Of a stretch of 64,000 bases of DNA, positions 61,499-64,000 are shown one piece after another. Source of the stretch: an uncultured Chroococcidiopsis sp. (GTDB taxonomy: Bacteria; Cyanobacteriota; Cyanobacteriia; Cyanobacteriales; Chroococcidiopsidaceae). Numbering within the stretch: position 1 is the first letter of the stretch; each line of letters begins with the position of its first letter. The DNA lies in contig CAXTYC010000010.1 in assembly GCA_964248365.1 (NCBI GenBank), positions 32,001 to 96,000 of the forward strand, read 5' to 3'. A program made the translations under genes and the position numbers. Under the pieces are notes generated by a model. It was given only the letters and a program-made list of their open reading frames with translations. It made no database searches and was not told where the DNA came from.

Positions 61499-62293
61499 AT
61501 GGCAAGTAATAACCATGATCAACAGCAGGAAGTTATCGCCTTGATACCAGCAGGGGGGCAAGCAACGCGCATATCTCCTTTGCCTAGTAGCAAAGAGTTG
61601 TATCCAATTGGGTTTCGGTATCACGAAGACGGTAGCTTAAGACCTAAAGTGGTTTCTCATTATTTACTCGAAAAGATGCGACTGGCTGGTATTCGTAAAG
61701 CTTACTTCTTGCTGCGTCCTGGTAAGTGGGATATTCCAGCCTATTTTGGCGATGGCACATTTTTAGATATGCATCTAGGTTATCTAGTTGTGCGCTTGCC
61801 TTTTGGTGTTCCTTACACCTTAGACCAAGCATATCCTTTTGTCAAAAACGCCATAGTAGCTATAGGCTTTCCTGATATTCTTTTCTCTCCTGATGATACC
61901 TTCAAGCGGTTATTGGCACGTCTTGCCGCCGAAAGGGCAGATGTAGTTATTAACTTATTACCGTTTGAGCATCCCCACAAAGGCGGAATGGTTGATTTCG
62001 ACCAAAAGGGGCGAGTGCGGCTGATTGTAGAAAAACCGGAGCAAAGCGATTTACGCTACAGTTGGTGTGCGGCAGTGTGGACACCAACCTTTACCGAGTT
62101 TATGCATCAGTATTTAGCTGCAATTGAAGCCCTGCGATCGCCTCATCGGCGAGAAATACCGATTGGAGATATGATTGGGGCAGCAATTGACAACGGTTTA
62201 CTCGTGAGTGCCGAGCTTTTTAATGATGAACCCTACCTAGATATTGGCACACCAGCAGACTTAGTAAAAGCAGTGCGCCGCTTTACTCCTTAA
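61499..62293 (+). CDS. Sugar-phosphate nucleotidyltransferase (RmlA-like)
   Basis: LIPAGGQATRISPLPSSKEL and YLDIGTP. Confidence 0.85.
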   Translation: MASNNHDQQQEVIALIPAGGQATRISPLPSSKELYPIGFRYHEDGSLRPKVVSHYLLEKMRLAGIRKAYFLLRPGKWDIPAYFGDGTFLDMHLGYLVVRLPFGVPYTLDQAYPFVKNAIVAIGFPDILFSPDDTFKRLLARLAAERADVVINLLPFEHPHKGGMVDFDQKGRVRLIVEKPEQSDLRYSWCAAVWTPTFTEFMHQYLAAIEALRSPHRREIPIGDMIGAAIDNGLLVSAELFNDEPYLDIGTPADLVKAVRRFTP

Positions 62294-62417
62294 AATCCAA
62301 ACGTTACTCCCTTTGTGTCCAAAGAATATTCATTGACACAACAAGGCAAGCATTGGCAACCTGGGGGAGAATGATAAATTACAAATTACGAATAGCTTAA
62401 TATATAGGACTTGAGTC

Positions 62418-63761
62418 ATGCTGCAAGAAACACTTAAAACTCTTAGTTTGCCGCAACTGAAAAAAGATATCGAATCTCAAGATATTGGGCAGGAAATATA
62501 TAAACTGGTTACAGATTTCTATCCTATTTGCCGCAGTATTACAGGTAACGGAGTTCGAGAAACTCTGAGAATTATTCAAGATTATATTCCTTTAAAAATA
62601 CATGAAGTTCCTACAGGAACAGAAGTATTTGATTGGGAAGTACCAAAAGAGTGGAATATTAAAGACGCATACATTAAAAACTTAAAAGGTGAGAGAGTCG
62701 TAGATTTTAATAAATCTAACTTGCACGTAGTTAACTACAGTATGCCTGTAAACAAGGTAGTGCCTTGGGAGGAATTAAAAACACATATTTTCACTCTACC
62801 AGATTATCCTAATCGAATTCCTTATCGCACTTCATATTACAAAGAAACTTGGGGCTTTTGTTTAAGTCACGAGCAATTTTTGGCAATGCAGGATGCAGAG
62901 TATGAAGTGTGTATCGATTCTACTTTAAAACCAGGTAATTTAACATACGGCGAGTATTACTTAGAGGGAGAAAGCCAAGATGAAATTTTAATATCTTGCC
63001 ATATCTGTCATCCATCCCTGTGTAATGATAATCTTTCAGGTGTAGCTCTAGCTACACTATTGGCTAAACATTTAAGTCAGGTTTCACCCAGAAGATACTC
63101 TTATCGATTTATCTTCATTCCTGGCACTATTGGTTCTATCACTTGGCTTGCTTTAAATGAACATAATGTTCACAAAATTCAACATGGTTTAGTGTTAACT
63201 GGTGTCGGCGACGCTGGCAAATTTACATACAAAAAAAGCCGTCGAGGGAATGCAGATATAGATCGGGTAGTTATTTATGTTTTAAAATCTTCTGGTCAAG
63301 AACATCAAGTTATTGACTTCTTTCCCTATGGCTATGATGAACGCCAATATTGCTCACCTGGGTTTAATCTGCCTGTGGGTTGTTTTATGCGATCGTCTCA
63401 CGGTCAATATTCTGAATATCACACTTCGGCAGATAACTTGAGTTTTGTACAACCCCAGTATCTAGCTGATTCATTCTCACAATGTTTATCAGTTATAAAT
63501 ATTCTAGAAAATAATCAAATTTACTTAAACCAAAATCCTAAATGTGAGCCACGTTTAGGAAAAAGAGGGCTATATCGAGCAATTGGCGGTCATGCAGAAG
63601 AACAAGTTAATGAACTTGCTTTGTTATGGGTGCTGAATTTGGCTGATGGTGAACATACTTTGCTAGACATTGCCGAACGGTCAAAGTTTAGTTTTGATGT
63701 GATTAAAAAGGCAGCAGATGCATTGTTAGAAACTGGATTATTAAAAGTAAAATTAGAATAA
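62418..63761 (+). CDS. DUF4910 aminopeptidase-like protein of polysaccharide loci
   Basis: PICRSITGNGVRETL, HICHPSLCNDNLSG, GYDERQYCSPG, EYHTSAD and a C-terminal wHTH. Confidence 0.88.
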   Translation: MLQETLKTLSLPQLKKDIESQDIGQEIYKLVTDFYPICRSITGNGVRETLRIIQDYIPLKIHEVPTGTEVFDWEVPKEWNIKDAYIKNLKGERVVDFNKSNLHVVNYSMPVNKVVPWEELKTHIFTLPDYPNRIPYRTSYYKETWGFCLSHEQFLAMQDAEYEVCIDSTLKPGNLTYGEYYLEGESQDEILISCHICHPSLCNDNLSGVALATLLAKHLSQVSPRRYSYRFIFIPGTIGSITWLALNEHNVHKIQHGLVLTGVGDAGKFTYKKSRRGNADIDRVVIYVLKSSGQEHQVIDFFPYGYDERQYCSPGFNLPVGCFMRSSHGQYSEYHTSADNLSFVQPQYLADSFSQCLSVINILENNQIYLNQNPKCEPRLGKRGLYRAIGGHAEEQVNELALLWVLNLADGEHTLLDIAERSKFSFDVIKKAADALLETGLLKVKLE

Positions 63762-64000
63762 TGAGCAATCCTTTTGAGCAATTGTTAGGAAAAAGAGTAT
63801 TGATTACAGGTGCAAGCGGATTTTTTGGCTCTCATTTATGCGCTCGCCTGTGCAAAACTATAGAAGTACACGCTGTTTCTCGCACACAAAGATCCACCTC
63901 ACAAGGTGTGCAATGGTGGCAGGGTAACATGGAAGATATTCAGGTAGTGCAAAACCTGTTTCAGACAGTTAAACCTGATGTGGTTTTTCATCTATCTGGG
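63761..64000 (+). CDS. NAD-dependent epimerase/dehydratase, 5' part (runs off the window)
   Basis: MSNPFEQLLGKRVLITGASGFFGSHL...KPDVVFHL; ATG overlaps the previous stop. Confidence 0.85.
   Translation, partial: MSNPFEQLLGKRVLITGASGFFGSHLCARLCKTIEVHAVSRTQRSTSQGVQWWQGNMEDIQVVQNLFQTVKPDVVFHLSG

Larger units (their letters stand above)
2033..62141. repeat. HIP1 octamer GCGATCGC dispersed throughout the window
   Basis: Dozens of copies, e.g. 2033, 17669, 18712, 19237, 19391, 22405 and 62134; a cyanobacterial hallmark. Confidence 0.95.

Noticed and set aside
1..64000. tRNA, rRNA, riboswitches and intact transposases
   Set aside because: None recognised by eye; a covariance-model scan would be needed to exclude small RNAs

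Overview
Cyanobacterial chromosomal window, judged from abundant HIP1 octamers (GCGATCGC), heptamer tandem repeats and palindromic dispersed repeats. From left to right it holds six blocks. (1) An APC permease and two tandem, diverged hpsA-B-C-D-like minor-pilin operons (1.5-16.7 kb). (2) A decayed toxin-antitoxin/defence hotspot (17.3-22.4 kb) with VapBC, an HsdR_N-like nuclease, two Rpn/DUF2887-DUF4351 genes that have a conserved internal RBS+ATG, several orphan Rpn C-terminal remnants and a ~390-bp direct repeat. (3) Housekeeping genes: ridA, NUDIX, malQ, rodZ, pseudouridine synthase, cdsA, cbiT, K+ channel, argD. (4) A relic integron missed by the ORF track (33.2-36.0 kb): intI pseudogene, attI-like core, a pseudogenised first cassette, a DruA-like fragment, and an intact xisH-xisI pair followed by a complete attC whose crossover point abuts the stop codon of the convergent prlC gene. 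(5) A MITE-interrupted GIY-YIG gene and a pix/ptx-type phototaxis operon with two Cache+cyanobacteriochrome receptors. (6) The start of an NDP-sugar/branched-sugar cluster with lhgO and a putative 2OG-Fe(II) oxygenase. No rRNA, tRNA or CRISPR array was seen. All family assignments come from motif recognition by eye, not from database searches.
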